From positions 48,298,001-48,362,000 of the forward strand of contig OZ296657.1 in assembly GCA_965655095.1 (NCBI GenBank): a stretch of DNA of 64,000 bases. The letters are read 5' to 3'. Positions 49,819 to 63,481 of the stretch are shown piece after piece. Position 1 is the stretch's first letter. Each line of letters begins with the position of its first letter. This stretch comes from Haplodiscus bocki (lineage: Eukaryota). The translations under genes were made by a program, and so were the position numbers. The notes beneath the pieces are model-generated. The model was given only the letters and a program-made list of their open reading frames with translations. It was not told where the DNA came from and ran no database searches.

Positions 49819-52236
49819 TGTTTTCTTCTTGGTACGAATTAACCGATCCAATAACGTTGACAAAATTGCGATAATCCCAATATGCAATGAACTGTTTATA
49901 GCGAAAACTAAGTACGCAACGGAGAATACAATCGCACCAATGATGAAGTAAGCAAAAAAATGTACAAAAAAGGAGCCGTTACATTCATTTTGTCCGAACA
50001 GCAGCCGCAGTTGAAATGAAATAGAGGCCTCTGTCTCGCTACCATCAAGGATGAAATATTTATGTTTACGTGATCTGCCAAAACTGCGGCTACAGACTTG
50101 ATTGTTGATTCTTTAATCACTTCGAATGCTAATCTCGTAGTGTCTTTTTTCATTGTAATAAGTGGTTCCTAATGCATAAAAGTTGAAGATGATTGCATTG
50201 TTCGGTTCATTCTTACTAGCCCAGTTAAGGTCAGCCGAATATTTTATTGTTTACCAATGGTATTTTGCTCAATCAAAACTTTGGAATCTCGCGTTGAAAG
50301 AGAAGCCTTCAGCAAGACTCTCTCGGAAGTAGGTAAGAAGATGGTAATCGCAGGCAACTCCAGAGCAACCGACATCCAGTTCGTCAAATTTTGTAATGAT
50401 TAGAATGCAAACTGCTCGTAAAGTGTTCCGTGGAACAACTTCAGATAAAGCCAGTACGCAAAACCAAATAAATGTGAAACCAGCATGCTATTCACAGAAA
50501 GTGGTTTTTCTGTAACTGCGTAAACATAACTGGGACCCAAATCAAAATTACTCTTCATGAATCCAAACGCGTGATAAAAAACCGCATGCGTGGGGAAGAG
50601 TTTAAAATAACTCACGCAGCGAACCCTGTAGCTTTTGCCGGGACCCATAACCCCACCATGGGGAGCGAAATCGTTCATTTCATGGAGATTTATCTATTTA
50701 TCTGGAGAGTAACAAACTGTCAGAAACGCATTTTTACTTTCCTGGTTTCTCGGAAAAAGATAATTTACTAGGTTGAAATTGTCTTTCAATTGATGTGCAT
50801 CAACTAACTCACGCATGATTTCCAGGTATTCAAAAAACCAACTGCTTTTGCCAAGTTTTCAATGGATAATGAACTGGTTACACAAACTGAGCATTCTCAT
50901 CTATGGATAGAAACAAACTAAGTTCATATTTGAAGTCTATTCCCTCATTACCCTCGGATACAAAGTCTGAAGCTTCGGTGCATTTAAAATACTGGCGTTG
51001 GAAAAGCCAAGATCCACTTTGAGAACGCTACTATGGTGTACAATGTTGATGTTCCCAGAACCAAGTTGAAGCAAATTGATAAACTCAATCACACAATTTC
51101 AAGACTGCTGGAGTTCTGCAGCTCCGCCAACTTTCTGCACAGATAAGATTTTTCCGAAAACTCGGCGTCGTCATTCCCATCAAACTCAGTGTAACAAGAC
51201 TGCCGAAATTCCCACACTCAAATTTTCATCCCAAGTCTTTTATTGATTCAGTTTGCAGCATCGATTTCATTCTCGCCATGTATGAAGAGTCGGTTGCCTC
51301 GATAAATTGCCTCCCTATTTAAACAGTGTTCTGGATACGATACTGTACACAACTTGACTAAGCAGTTTCGAATTTTTAAAAGTGGTTTACTCTGGTGATG
51401 TTTTCACTGATGCTGTCCTTTATGAAATTTTTGACTCCCACGAAAGATTTCAAGTAGAGGAGGATGTTATAATGTTCTCCAGTAAATTTCGAACAAACAT
51501 CATCTGTTTCAGCATAATTTTCTGGGTTTTGACATCGCATGGTGTATTCACAATGTGTGCTGCTTGAGAGGGTTTTTAGGAAACCACAAAAGCTTTTGGG
51601 CAATTTTGGTCGGTGAAACTCATTCGCATACCTACCAATTTTCAAAGATGGCTCTTCATGCTCTTCCCATTCACCTTCTTCAGATGAGAAAACCAAGTAA
51701 TGGAATTGTGATGGAACTTCTCGCAGCACACTTGCCATCGGAAAATTTCACAGTAGAATGGTCAGTGATTTCATATATCTCGTATCAGATTACTTTTCAG
51801 GTTTTGTAATTTTGAATTTTCCATTTCTATGCTTTTTTCCCGAAAACAGGTGACGTTGTTGCTAGCACGGTTCCATTGCCTTTCCCGTGGTTTCGGTTAT
51901 CTTCCGAGAACAACATTGTTTGGTTGTTTGACTGAGCTAGCTGCGATCTGGTTTAGCATCAAATTGGTCTCTTTTGTGGGAAGTCGATTTTTTCGAATCC
52001 TCACAGTTGAAATTAACAATTATTTTTCATTCTTCTTGGCCCTTTCCCTGGTTTACGATCTTTGGAATTTATCAAAGGCAAACTTGGTATGGATCAAATG
52101 TTGCAGGTTAGGTTTGCATACTTAACAAAAGTTAAACTTTAAACTCTTTAACATCGTTCAAAATATGTCGTTCAAAATATGCCGATCGTACTTCAGTTTT
52201 TTTCTGGTTCAAACAGCTGTCATAGCAGTCGCAAGG

Positions 52237-52383
52237 TTAAACTAGATAAGCTGTTGGAGCTGTCATAAAGTTAAACTAGGAGTTGGTAATGTATTAAGAT
52301 TGAGAGGCAATAAGTGGCTCTAACGGCACTTCCTAAAATGGAAAGAGTCATAAGTGGCTCTAAACCTCCCTTCCTATACTACT
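52237..52383 (-). repeat. Polinton 1 right TIR
   Basis: Ends CCTTCCTATACTACT; inverted match to the left TIR. Confidence 0.9.
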
Positions 52384-52669
52384 TCTATGAACATTCTTTT
52401 GCGAAACACCTGACCAAATATACACTGCTATGAAAACTGCATAATGATTTGAGACACTGAAAAAGAAATCAATCATCTGATTTTTGAAGAATTTGTTTCC
52501 TGCCGGTCTCCATTCCTTTTGAAATTTACCTCATTAAAAAATTATGGAAACTGATTCAGCCGGAAACTTATCATCAATTGAATAGATTGGCGGCTCAGTG
52601 GGTTAGGACTTATGATCTATTTATAACAATAACCAAAAATGTGATGAAGAGAGAAAGAACAATTCTAAC

Positions 52670-52884
52670 TTGTAGTAGCATTGGCTTCCACCGCGGTGGC
52701 TGAGCTGAGTGTTGAATGTGATAAGAATTTGAGTGCTCGTACCAGTTCAACTGACTGATACCCAAACGCTTCAGCAGCAGAGAGCCCATGACGATTCCAG
52801 TTGCGTTACAAATGCACACGTCGAACAGCACGAGGTCCCACCAACACTCTATGAAGTTTGGCAGAATGGGAGAGTAAAAAACTT
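52670..52884 (-). CDS. PTDSS1: Phosphatidylserine synthase, internal exon (donor at 52670 or 52743)
   Basis: Acceptor ttttctgcag; joins in phase with the previous exon to give WEFTE-VFYSPILPNFIECWWDLVLFDVCICNATGI (PSS signature LPNFxECWWD...D...CN). Confidence 0.9.
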
Positions 52885-53939
52885 CTGCAGAAAAAAAAAC
52901 GAAATTAGGATCAAAATTGGTATCAAAACATCAATTAACGTTTTTACAACAGACACGTTTCAGTGAATAAAACATAAAACATTGCATAGCCAAGATTAAA
53001 TCTTCCTTCGAAAACAGGAGTGGACAATACTAATTGATCTTATTAAAAGTTTAAGTTATTGCAATATTCTCTTTCACTATTTGCTGTTCGCTTCGAAATT
53101 TTTCATTACTCAATAACATTTTGTCTTCGGATTTGAGCTCATACTTCTTCCGAAGTCATCTTCAAAATTAAACTTGCTGATGACTTTCAATATTGTCATA
53201 TGTCAAAATATTTTCAATGCACGCCCTACTTGTTTCTAAATACAATCGAGAAAACACATGAAACGAAGAGCTTGAGCGGCCGCAAAGCTAAGATTGCACC
53301 AAAAAATCAGTTTTGAATTACAGCTTTTTTTGCACAAGACTTGGAAAACGAATCCTTTCTTCCATCCAAAAACAAGACTTCTGACAGAACCAAAAATACT
53401 AATAGGGAATTTAAAATTTCAAAGACGAAAAAAATAAGCAGACCCTCCAAAAATATATGAAGTAGTTACGTAGTACTACATATACTTCGGATTGATCTAA
53501 ATTCTCCTGACCTATAATCAAAACTGGTTCCTCACTTGCCATCGACTGACTTCATCACTGAATACCCGTTTGAAAAGGGGTAAGATACAATCATGAAAAT
53601 CACGTTCACCAGAACAGAAGAAGAAATTCCCAAGAGCACTGTCAAAATTGTCAACCTGTTACTCCTAAATTATCTTCTATAACGTTCGATTGTCATATAC
53701 TTTTATAACGCGCGATTATAATGTACTATAATATCTCTTTTAAAGCAACGGTTGCATTCATTAGGAAGCAAAGGTTTGAAAATGTAATGAAATTAAGTTC
53801 AGTTTTGCTTGTCGATTCAAGACATTTTGTCGATTCAAGAGAGCTAAAAATAGCTACATACAAAATGCAACTGCCAAATGTTGATATTGACCTCTGCAAA
53901 AATATGGATTGTTTTGAAAATGATTCAATAATGATTTAC

Positions 53940-54717
53940 CTGTGAACTCCCAGCTGATGCTGATGAGCCACGTGAAACCGAAGTCTCGAAACAGAATCAT
54001 CTTCGCCGCGTATCCCAAAAAGTGAGCCAACAGAAAGATGTCTGCTTCCTTGGCCAGATTACCCATCGTAAACTCACAATGGGTAACTTCGAGATCTTCT
54101 AGCATTTCTTCGTAATGATCCTTTATGAGGGAAGGAAAAGCCCAATGAAGACTCTGTGCCAATAAGTAGGAGTTTTTAGTATTCAATAGTAAGTACAGAA
54201 AAAAGGCAGCATATGTGGAAGATACAAATGTGACCAAAAAAGAAAAGATTCTTTTCAAGGTGAAAAAGCTATGGTCTACGGAGGCATCACCCATTCGAAG
54301 GTACCGGTTAAATTTTTCGTGTCCAACTTCTATGAGACGGGAATCCAGAAAACAATCGTTATTGATTTTGTCGTTACTGTTGTTATTCATTTTTCTCAAT
54401 TCTGTTTCCGATTTCGACCTTTTACAGGTTCCATTTTTGTTGTTATTGTTGTTATTTTTGTGTCCCTGATTGTTGCGGGCTAAAATTTCCTTATACGGAA
54501 ACCAGAACGAAGACTCTTTGCTTGTTGCAGCGACTTTAGTCGTCTCTGAATAATCGAGCAGATCTTGTTCGCTCTTACAGATCTTCATCTCATGAAAAGC
54601 TTTAGTTGGCAAGAAGTCAGAACTGGCTCCGATATGATGATTGTAAGAGTAGCAGCAATCCTCAGAGGCTGAAGACTGCTTCAGAAGATAGACTGAACTG
54701 GTTTCAATAGATGTCAT
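53940..54717 (-). CDS. PTDSS1: Phosphatidylserine synthase, first coding exon
   Basis: DIFLLAHFLGYAAKMILFRDFGFTWLISISWEFT matches the PSS family; donor G|GTAAAT at 53940; N-terminal Asn-rich extension. Confidence 0.9.
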
Positions 54718-55199
54718 TTTGATTTCATCAAAGTTTTAAGGATTCGCCAATCAATGAAACCAAATTAAAGCTGAAGCTAATGAAGTATGATTGGCACTGA
54801 AAAACTATGGTCATTCATGTCTATCTGAAAAAACAAAATTGCATGATTTCACTTTTACGCAACGAGCGTTTACGAAGGCAAATGTAATATTAAAGCACGG
54901 TACATTTAAAAAAGTTCAAATCTTTCTAATACAAAAATGCTCTCTCAGAAAAATCTTTTCTTGATACATTGTCCGGAAAAAACCTTGATGAGGACTTTTA
55001 CGAATTTTTAAATCAAAATGGACGAGGATATCAAAATTTCACAAAAGCGCGTTTACGTATTCTACGGAATCATGTGCTCCTCGTCATTTGTAATTTACTT
55101 CACATATTGATGCCAATTGTGCTGTCATATTAGTAGTAGTATCATAATGCCTGTTTCGAAGACCATAATTCAAATAATCTTTGATAACATCCGAAAACC

Positions 55200-57660
55200 T
55201 TAAGCAAACTCATGTCTCGTGAAATCAAATAAGACTTTAGCCCAATCTGGCCCGTAATACAGTCTCGCCTCCTTTTTCCAGCACCGGATATGCAAGATTT
55301 CAGCGATCCGTTAGCAAGCATTGAAATTGCATGTATTCAACTTTGACTAATTCAAGTTCTCTCTTTGTCTGGAGGGCATTCCTTTTAATATTCCATCAAT
55401 GTCTGCCTATGCACACCAATGAAATCATGTACTCGGTTCACCTTTCCATCACCCCTTGAACTGCCAACAGGAAAAAAACACTAAATAGGGATTTATGACT
55501 GCATTATGCAGTTCTAAGAACATTATTGAGACAAAGCAGGATAATTGATTTTAGAAGTATTAAATAAATCTCCCTCGGAGTTGTGACAAAACAATTGATG
55601 TCCCGTAAACATTTCAGCTTACCGAAAACCAACTTTTTGCAAAATAGAATTCAAATAAGCCACAAGCAATTATTCACAAACCTTAGGCATGAAAATATTA
55701 CAGGTAACAAGATGGCTGTTACATGTAGACAAGACGTTCATGCAAAATCACTTTCATAAAATCTTGGGGCTTTTCTAGGATTCTCCCACAGATTATAAAG
55801 AGATATAGCAGGACACTGACGTTGAAGTTTCTGAAATATAATTAAAGGCATAGCGCTGGAAAAGGCACCAGTTTCTATTAGAGCTTTAATAGGAAATGAA
55901 AAGTTCATCGGTATAGAGAAAAGCGAAGTACGAGGATTGTTAGATAGTACATAAACAGAAGATAAAGGAGAAAGATAAAGGGGACAAAGTGTGGCTCACC
56001 TAGTTTTTCTGTTTCTGGTTCATCTGTTGTTGATTGTACATCGGTTGTGGCATCATCTGTTGTTGTGGCATCATCGGTTGTTGTGGAATCATCATTTGTT
56101 GTGCCATCGTCTGTTGTTATGACATCATCTGGAAATGTGGTTGGTTGATTGTATGTTGAAGCATGTTGATAGGGTAAAGGCGGAGCTGCGCGATAGGTCT
56201 GACGGAATCAACAATTAGCGGGTGTATGACCAAATTTGATGCAAATATTGCAACGACTACGACCCGATTGTGCGCGGTACTGATTCTGCCTATTGTTTTG
56301 CCACTTGGAGTTTCTGGGGCGCCAATTCTGCTAATTAATTGACTTTTAGCGAAACTTTTGGGAGCGCGGTTGATAGTTTCCATAAGCACCAAAGTTGCGA
56401 GGACCATTTTTGCTTCGGTTGAAGTTATTATTTCCATTCCATTATTGTTGTTGCGTCTCTGCTTGTTAATAACTTAATTGTTAGATCGATTGTTGCTTCC
56501 AAGCTGGTTGATGGAAGACTCTGAGAGGGTTTTGCTGATTTTCTTTAGGTTATCCGTAATCTTTGACGTTACTAGCCGGAACTTGTTTTGGGCTTTGGTT
56601 AATTCTTTGACTCCGGCAAAGAAATCTTTTGAGGACGCACCTCGAAATTCATTGAATGCTTTGTCATCATCTTCAGGATGGAGCCGATCTACTATAAAAA
56701 GACAAGCTGCTTTGGCACATAAGTATTCTTGCATGTTCTGGTTGTGTGAGAAAAAATTGTTTAAGTTTCAATGGAATTGCGTTGATGAATGCTTCTTGCA
56801 GTCAGCGGTTTCTTTCTTGTTCTCTGTTTTCTGCAAGCACTGCTGGGCTGCCTCCAGCAGCTGCAGGTGCCTCTATATTGGGTATGCTGCAAGTGACAGG
56901 CGTTGCAAGTCGGTCAAAAAATCCTGAGAACTTTCATCTGAGGTTTTCATCGTTCTGGACTGGAAGAGTAATTTCAGCAATTGTACACGCTGATCATTTC
57001 TGTAGCGCCCTCGAAGAGCTGTTTTTGCATTTTAGCAGTCGGTGCGGCTAACTCCTGGTCGTTGGTCAAAATATGCCAGTGCACCTCCTTTGAGATGTAG
57101 ATAAGTCTGGCGGTCTGCATCAGCATTTCCAGCAAATTGAATGCAACTAGTGAGTTGTTGTATGAATTTTTCAAGATTTTCTATTTAAGTGCCTTTAAAA
57201 GGCTGGAATTTACAAAAAGTTGCATGGCGGCCATAAATTCAAATGAAGTAGGAAATTGAAAGAAAAGATAAAGAAACTTGTTTTAGAATTATGTGTCTGT
57301 GAGAATGGCGAGCGTTAATGGTTTCTGATGTTTAAGAGTTAACAAGAGAAGGTACTCCTGTCACCATGTAATTTCATGGCTAGGAGCGGTCGGCAAGGCA
57401 GATTTTTCATACAATTCAGTAGTCTTTGGTGATGCTTTCAGTTTCATATTTTTGGTTTAAATTTGGATCCAACCGTGGATTACAAGAGTTTTCTCTGGAA
57501 AATTAACGCAAAGAAAAGATTGTTGAAGATTAAATTAGTTTTATGATATAAAAGCGGAAAAAGTACTGAGCACATTTCAATTGTTGAAGTTATAAGTGAA
57601 GTGCACTTGAAGTACCACTAAACTGGTTACTAAGTTCGTTATGCGGCTTGTGTCGTCACA
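55200..57660 (-). mobile_element. Truncated Gypsy-like LTR retrotransposon (LTR, PBS, gag, protease)
   Basis: Putative LTR 57367-57660 (TG...CA); PBS TGGTGACAGGAGT (57354-57366, tRNA-Leu-like); gag zinc knuckle CNICIKFGHTPANC (about 56210-56255); protease-like ALIETGA (about 55870). No second LTR found. Confidence 0.8.
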
Positions 57661-60600
57661 GAATTGTTGTTTATAATTTTTGATTCTTTGGTGATCTGGC
57701 TTCCTCTCATTGGCCAGTGACTGTGATTGGTCCAAATCTTCCTTGGAATAGGTCGTTCATCTGATGCTGTTTCTTTAAGATATTATGATGGATATCAAGA
57801 GAACAATACATACTGCCGGAGAAATGAAATCCATTCGTTCGAAGTTTTTGGCACAAGCCTTTTCAAACTCCTTGGTATGAGCAGTCCCACTTCTATACGC
57901 TCAATTTTTACACACGAAGAAGTTGGAAGATCAAAAAACTTCAATACACACAAACCTTCGTAATAAACCGCTTTCAAATCGCTTGGTTTTTAGTCGGAGC
58001 GAGTAATGGAGCACTGCTATTGCGAAACTATGTTTTTGAACCCCTATCGAAATGTCCACTCTTCTGTTTCACCCCTGTTGCCACTCTTCTACTGTATGGT
58101 GTTTTGGAATGATCGTATTGACTTCCAAATCAATTTTGAAGCTACGAAGTCAGACTAAACATTTGCACAAAACTACAATGTCGGGAGTTTCACAAAATCT
58201 GAAAATTTCGCAGAACCGCGCATTGACGCTTTAAAGCAAGCAAAAATAGCAAAAGGGTAGACTTTTTGCTTTGCTTATCACAATCAGCTCACAAGATACT
58301 AATTCACACTAAAATGTTAAGTACAGCTTTCCGAAAATGTGAGGCAAATAGTGTGTTTTTGGTGAGTTGCATAGACAAACACAGACAATTTGGTCGAGAG
58401 TGGTACATTGGTGGTGAGCACTGTGGTACAACCCTCCTTAGTGTACCAAAAATGCTTGAAAATCATTCGTTTTTGAAGCATCAAAAACTTCCTACGAGTA
58501 TTTTGAGCCTTAAAAGCGACGCCGATTAGGGCAGTTTCGGATTATTTACTAAGTTCTTTTCGATAGCAAATGCAGGGAGCACATTGGTCTACCATTTTAC
58601 ATTGAGAGCAATTCAAGTTTCCATTAGGTGGATTTAAAAACAGTAAAATGTATCGTCTCATAATAATTTTCAGTTAAAAGTCATGAAAACAAACTATGAA
58701 TAGCCACAATCTTTGTGAACGATCATTTTGAAGTCGATAAACTGTTGTTTTGGGCATTTGAAGCTTTTGTTTTCATTGACGTTAAATGACGCCATTTTTT
58801 CCATTTTGGACCCAAGTTCCTGACAATTCTGGCATTGATTTCAAGGCCATGCGAAAAGTTCACAAAAGCCGGTTTACAACCACCCTCCTCAGAAAATGAT
58901 TCGCAAGATGATTTAAACAATTCAGAATGGTGCAAGCAACTTTCATGGATATTTCTGGCAATTTCTCTTTCAAATGAGATGATCTAGATGAACATTTGCA
59001 GTTTGAATTTCTTTTCATGAGCAGTCAATCAAAATACCTCTCTACTTCCAATAAAAAAATTGATTAATTGCTATTTAACTAGAGGCACAATGATCAATTT
59101 GTACTGAGAAATATATAAGTCATCAATAGAAAAAGAGAAAGTATTTAATGCAGCCTTGTTTAAAAATACCAAGACTGACCAAGGTTTCGGAAGTTCAGAT
59201 TGATTGTATCATTCAATAGTTAGCCTTCAAACAACGAATAAAATGCCCCCATACGCATTTTAACTTGCTTTTATCTGTGATAAATCGTCAACTGAGAGAG
59301 ACGGCAAAATTTTTTAAGCAACCTGCACCAAAGACTAACTTCACGTACAATTGCAATTGAAAGAGCTCAAATTGAACCGTGTGAACATTTCCAATTAGGT
59401 CAACCTACTTTACAACAACTAATATTATACCTCTCAGCCAGTGTGAAAAAATTGATCATGGACGGATTCGTGAGGAAGGCAAGAGACATGAAAACTTGGA
59501 TGAATTAGTTTGCTAAAGTGGTTCTTGAATCTTTCATCTTTCAAAGCCACCATCCGGAGAGTATATCTTAAGGGAGCACCACATTGATTGAAAAATTGAT
59601 TGTTTAGACCATGGCTGTAATGAATATTTGAACTTCAACGCATATTAACACAACAAGGGATCGATAAAAATGTGGAAAATTCGAAGACAGTTTTCCTCCC
59701 TTTGGTAGAACATGCAAAAATGACTAGAAATTCTAACGGCTGCTGCTAGTTCCTAGCTCTACTCCAGTTCCTTCGTGAAAATGTTCTGCCACGCAAATTT
59801 TTGATGATGAAAGCATAAAATTTTGCAACAGAACTTCATGCTATATTGATCTTTTTTACGTCATCAGAGAATCTAGTCATATAATGTAAACGGCCAAAAA
59901 TCGTCTATTTTTGAGATACTTGGCAGGTACTTGTTTTTTTCGCGTTCTGAAAATTTTTAAAATTGGTTTGAAAAATGAAAAACAGCTTCATAAAAGGTAA
60001 TGTTTCACATAACAATGTTTTGAGTATGAGACAATGTAGGAAGTGTATCATGTGTCCCCAAAAAATGTTGTATGTAAAATTTTCGACTGCTGAAAATGGT
60101 TAATGTCATTGCACAAGACACTGGAGATAAAAAAAAACTTTTGAAGTTGTTTTGACGTCTTGTTGACAAATATTGGTCATTTTGAGAGCTAGAAATTTTT
60201 ACATATAACGTTTTTAAGGACACAGTAGCTTTCTGGTGTTTTTCACTAAGTAAATGTTCAGTAAACATTACGCAGCAAAATAGCGAAATCTAAAAACATG
60301 ATTGACTGATCGAATTTTCAAGTATGAGACCCTGTGACAGATACTTGTCAGTATTTTGCTTTTTTCAACTCCCTTCCGGTTGACCGGTGGTGCAGTAATT
60401 CTAAAAGTGTCAATCACATCTCCGATGACGGTTTTATAAATTTTTCAGCTTCTTTGACCTCAACTGACAAATCCGAAAATGTAGAGTTCCTTTCCCCCTC
60501 TGTGTTAATTTTGATTGGGATATTTTCCGTTAACTCCCCCTCATCAGTAGTAACGAAAATTTTAACCACCCCCTCCCCCCTTCCACGCAGAAGCGAACTC

Positions 60601-62025
60601 GTCTTTGATTGGCCAAAATTCACTCTCCCGCGAGTCAAGACATTACGCCGCTCATTACTTCGCATATCAATTATGGTATGAGGGGAGTTAAATTAATGGG
60701 GGAGGAAGTTATCAGAGAAGATCCAGAAGGTATTCAAAACACTTTTTTCGTGAATACAATTTAGGGCCATCTCAAAATTTTGCTCAACTTCATGTCCATT
60801 TTATCATCTAAATGAATAATTTGGTCAGCATGTAGTATGAATGATCAGAGGTTTAATTCGCTGTTCCTCGAATTCGAATATTCATCATAATATATGTCTC
60901 ATACGAACAGTGCTCTGTATGTTTTCATGAAATTCTGATTAACAGCATCCAACAAAATTTACAACCTACTACAATCGACCAATGTCAGGGAGTGAGTATC
61001 TTGGGAAGATCATTGATCAGCGATTCAATTGATGCCCAAGGTTTCATCGATATGGTTCTGATACAGTAGTGATTAAAACAAACGAATCAAGGCACTCAAA
61101 ATCGACCTAATTTAAGAAATCTCATTGGCTAATTAAGACAAACACAACATTATTCGTCGACTTAAGATAACTTCTATCCATTTCCCTCTCTCCTAATTTT
61201 GAGTGTGTTATAAAAGACTTTTCACGAAACTTTCTTCGCGACAGAAATCCCTGAATCTCCTGGAGCCACTGATACCTTTCGATATCAAAGTTTTGAAGTT
61301 TTTCCTGAAAATGGAAGTTTAAAATAGGCAAACTTCAAAAACCTATGTTAATACATGTCAATTCAAAAATTGTTTTTTTTTTACCATTTCAAATTAGGTT
61401 TTGATTCAAAACAGTGGTTCCAGGATAGTCAGGGGAACTTTATGAAAAAGAAATTTGCCGAAAAATTTTTTAAATTGATCAAAAGTTGATAAACCCACCA
61501 ATTTTAGCCAGAATTATTCAAAAATGGCTGTTCGTAAATTTCACAATATCGAACTTAGAAGCTTCAAATAATGATTCTAAACTAGATGAAATTCTATGAA
61601 ACATTTTCAGAAAAAACAAGAAATTCTAAATGACATTTTTGGAAAATCTTACTAGTTTCGGGCGATAATCCATTTTGAGCTTTGTGCTTTGATGCGTTTA
61701 CTTTTATCACGGTTTTACATGTACTATAATTAAAACCATGGGAACTGGCCGAAGTTATTTTTTATTTATCCCTCACAATATCGTTGTTACCTTTGATGGT
61801 CCAATATGGTAACGGTACTCACCCACTGAAATTACATGTCAGAAAATAATGTTAAATAGGTCTACCCAATTTTGGTTGCAATCAAAACTTTTCAAGACTG
61901 TCGTTGGCGTTTCACTTAAGTAAAAACCCGATTTCCACAGCGATTCGTTTTTCACTGCTAAAACGCCCAAAAAGTATAATCAAAATTTTCTGACCAACTC
62001 AAAACAAACGTTACTCTAGAAATCC

Positions 62026-62110
62026 CCGGTAGCCTAGAGGGTACGACAAAAAGGTTTCAAACCATACATATGGGTTCGAAGCTGTTTCTACCACCCCCAA
62101 TTTCATGATA
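62026..62110 (+). repeat. Dispersed repeat homologous to the MITE-interrupted sequence at 27108-27123 plus 27558-27690
   Basis: ccggtagcctagagggtacgacaaaaaggtttcaaaccatacatatgggttcga versus ccagtaacctagaggg|taggacaaacagcttttaacccatatatacgagttcga. Confidence 0.6.
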
Positions 62111-63481
62111 TCACCTTTTATTTTGAGCCTTTAAAGAGTTCCGACTTGGGGGTATCACCAAAACTTGAAGGATCATTTAAGGAAATCTATTGTTTTTCAA
62201 TTTTACCTGTCTTTGAAGATAGCAAGCATTTAGCTGATAAGCAAACCGTCAAAAAGGTAACTCGGAGCTAAAAGTCAATAAAACTAAGTAACCGCGAAAT
62301 TTTGAGCAATTTCAAAGAAGAGTATCATCAAAAAACAAATCATCGTAAATTTCGAAATTTCTTCGAAAGCGCCCATAAGAAACAGCGTATTGAATTGTTC
62401 CCGAATTTGATAATGCACAAATCAAATCTGTGTGCAGGATCCAAACTTTGACCTTCAAAAGTATGAAAGACTATTATAAAAAACGCCCCCCGCGTGGATC
62501 GATTATTAAAGCATTTTAGGACCCCTTACAGGACGGCCGAAGGTATACGACCCCAATATTATAGATTATAGTTTTTGTTGAATGTTGTCGATTTCGAAGG
62601 TACTAAAAACAAAAGCTACTGTAATAGTCGGGCATTTTTGTTCTTTCAAAAAAGTACGACTAAAAACTACCTGGAGAACACTGTCGTGAGAAAAAAACCG
62701 CAGAAAAGAGACTAGATTTTCATTTTATGAACTTCGTGGCTTCTGAGGGCATCACATTTATAGAATGGGCTGCATTACTAAAAATAAATGGGGATTGTAT
62801 AAATTTGCCCCACAAATTTCCCAGTTAAAAATTAGCTCAAGGTAAAAGCGCTGGTAACTGATGGCATGAAACAAATCAATTTCATTGCTCGTCGATTATC
62901 ATCTTTAAAACGCGAAGTACAATTTCAAAAAAATAGCATTTTTCTGACGCAGAGGTGATCAGCCTCTGTATACCAGCCATACCGAAACTTTCATAATTAT
63001 GAACGCTCGTTTCTTAAATAATGCACAGCACAATATGTTAGAATTTTCTGCGAATTCAACGTTGTTTAAACATACATATGTATTTCTAAGTGTCAGTCAA
63101 AATAAAAACAATGGTGAACCTTTTCATGCTCTTTACATTATGAATCAGAAAATTAAAAAAAAAACGGAAAAAACCTCAGCCGGGTTCTACGGTCGCTAAT
63201 TTTTGTTCGTTATTCTGAGACTTCTCAAGAAGTTCAACTGATAATATACTTGAATTAGAATGATTCCATTGCACGAAATTTATTCCAAAATGTCTTGTCT
63301 CAGACGAGGTTGCCAAGATTCCCAACGGTTGTTAAATCGAATTGCAGCTTCCAAATTGTTTAAATTTCGGCGAATTTCGTCTATTTTATGGTCTGAAAAG
63401 CAGATTTATTCAATTACTAAATTAGTGAGGCACTTCTAAAATCGCCGAAAAAAGCGACCTCCGTTCAAAGTTGAGAGGTTT

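Larger units (their letters stand above)
38652..52383 (+). mobile_element. Full-length decayed Polinton/Maverick (endogenous polintovirus), 13.7 kb, inside the PTDSS intron
   Basis: TIRs of about 130-145 bp, AGTAGTATAGGAAGG...CCTTCCTATACTACT (roughly 80% identical); imperfect 6-bp TSD tctctt/tctatg; carries pPolB, PRO, MCP, penton, INT and ATPase. Confidence 0.95.

Noticed and set aside
57700-61400. Short ORFs and an inverted pair (taactccccctcat / atgaggggagtta at about 60530-60693) suggesting transposon debris
   Set aside because: No diagnostic motif, TIR-TSD set or second copy to support a call.
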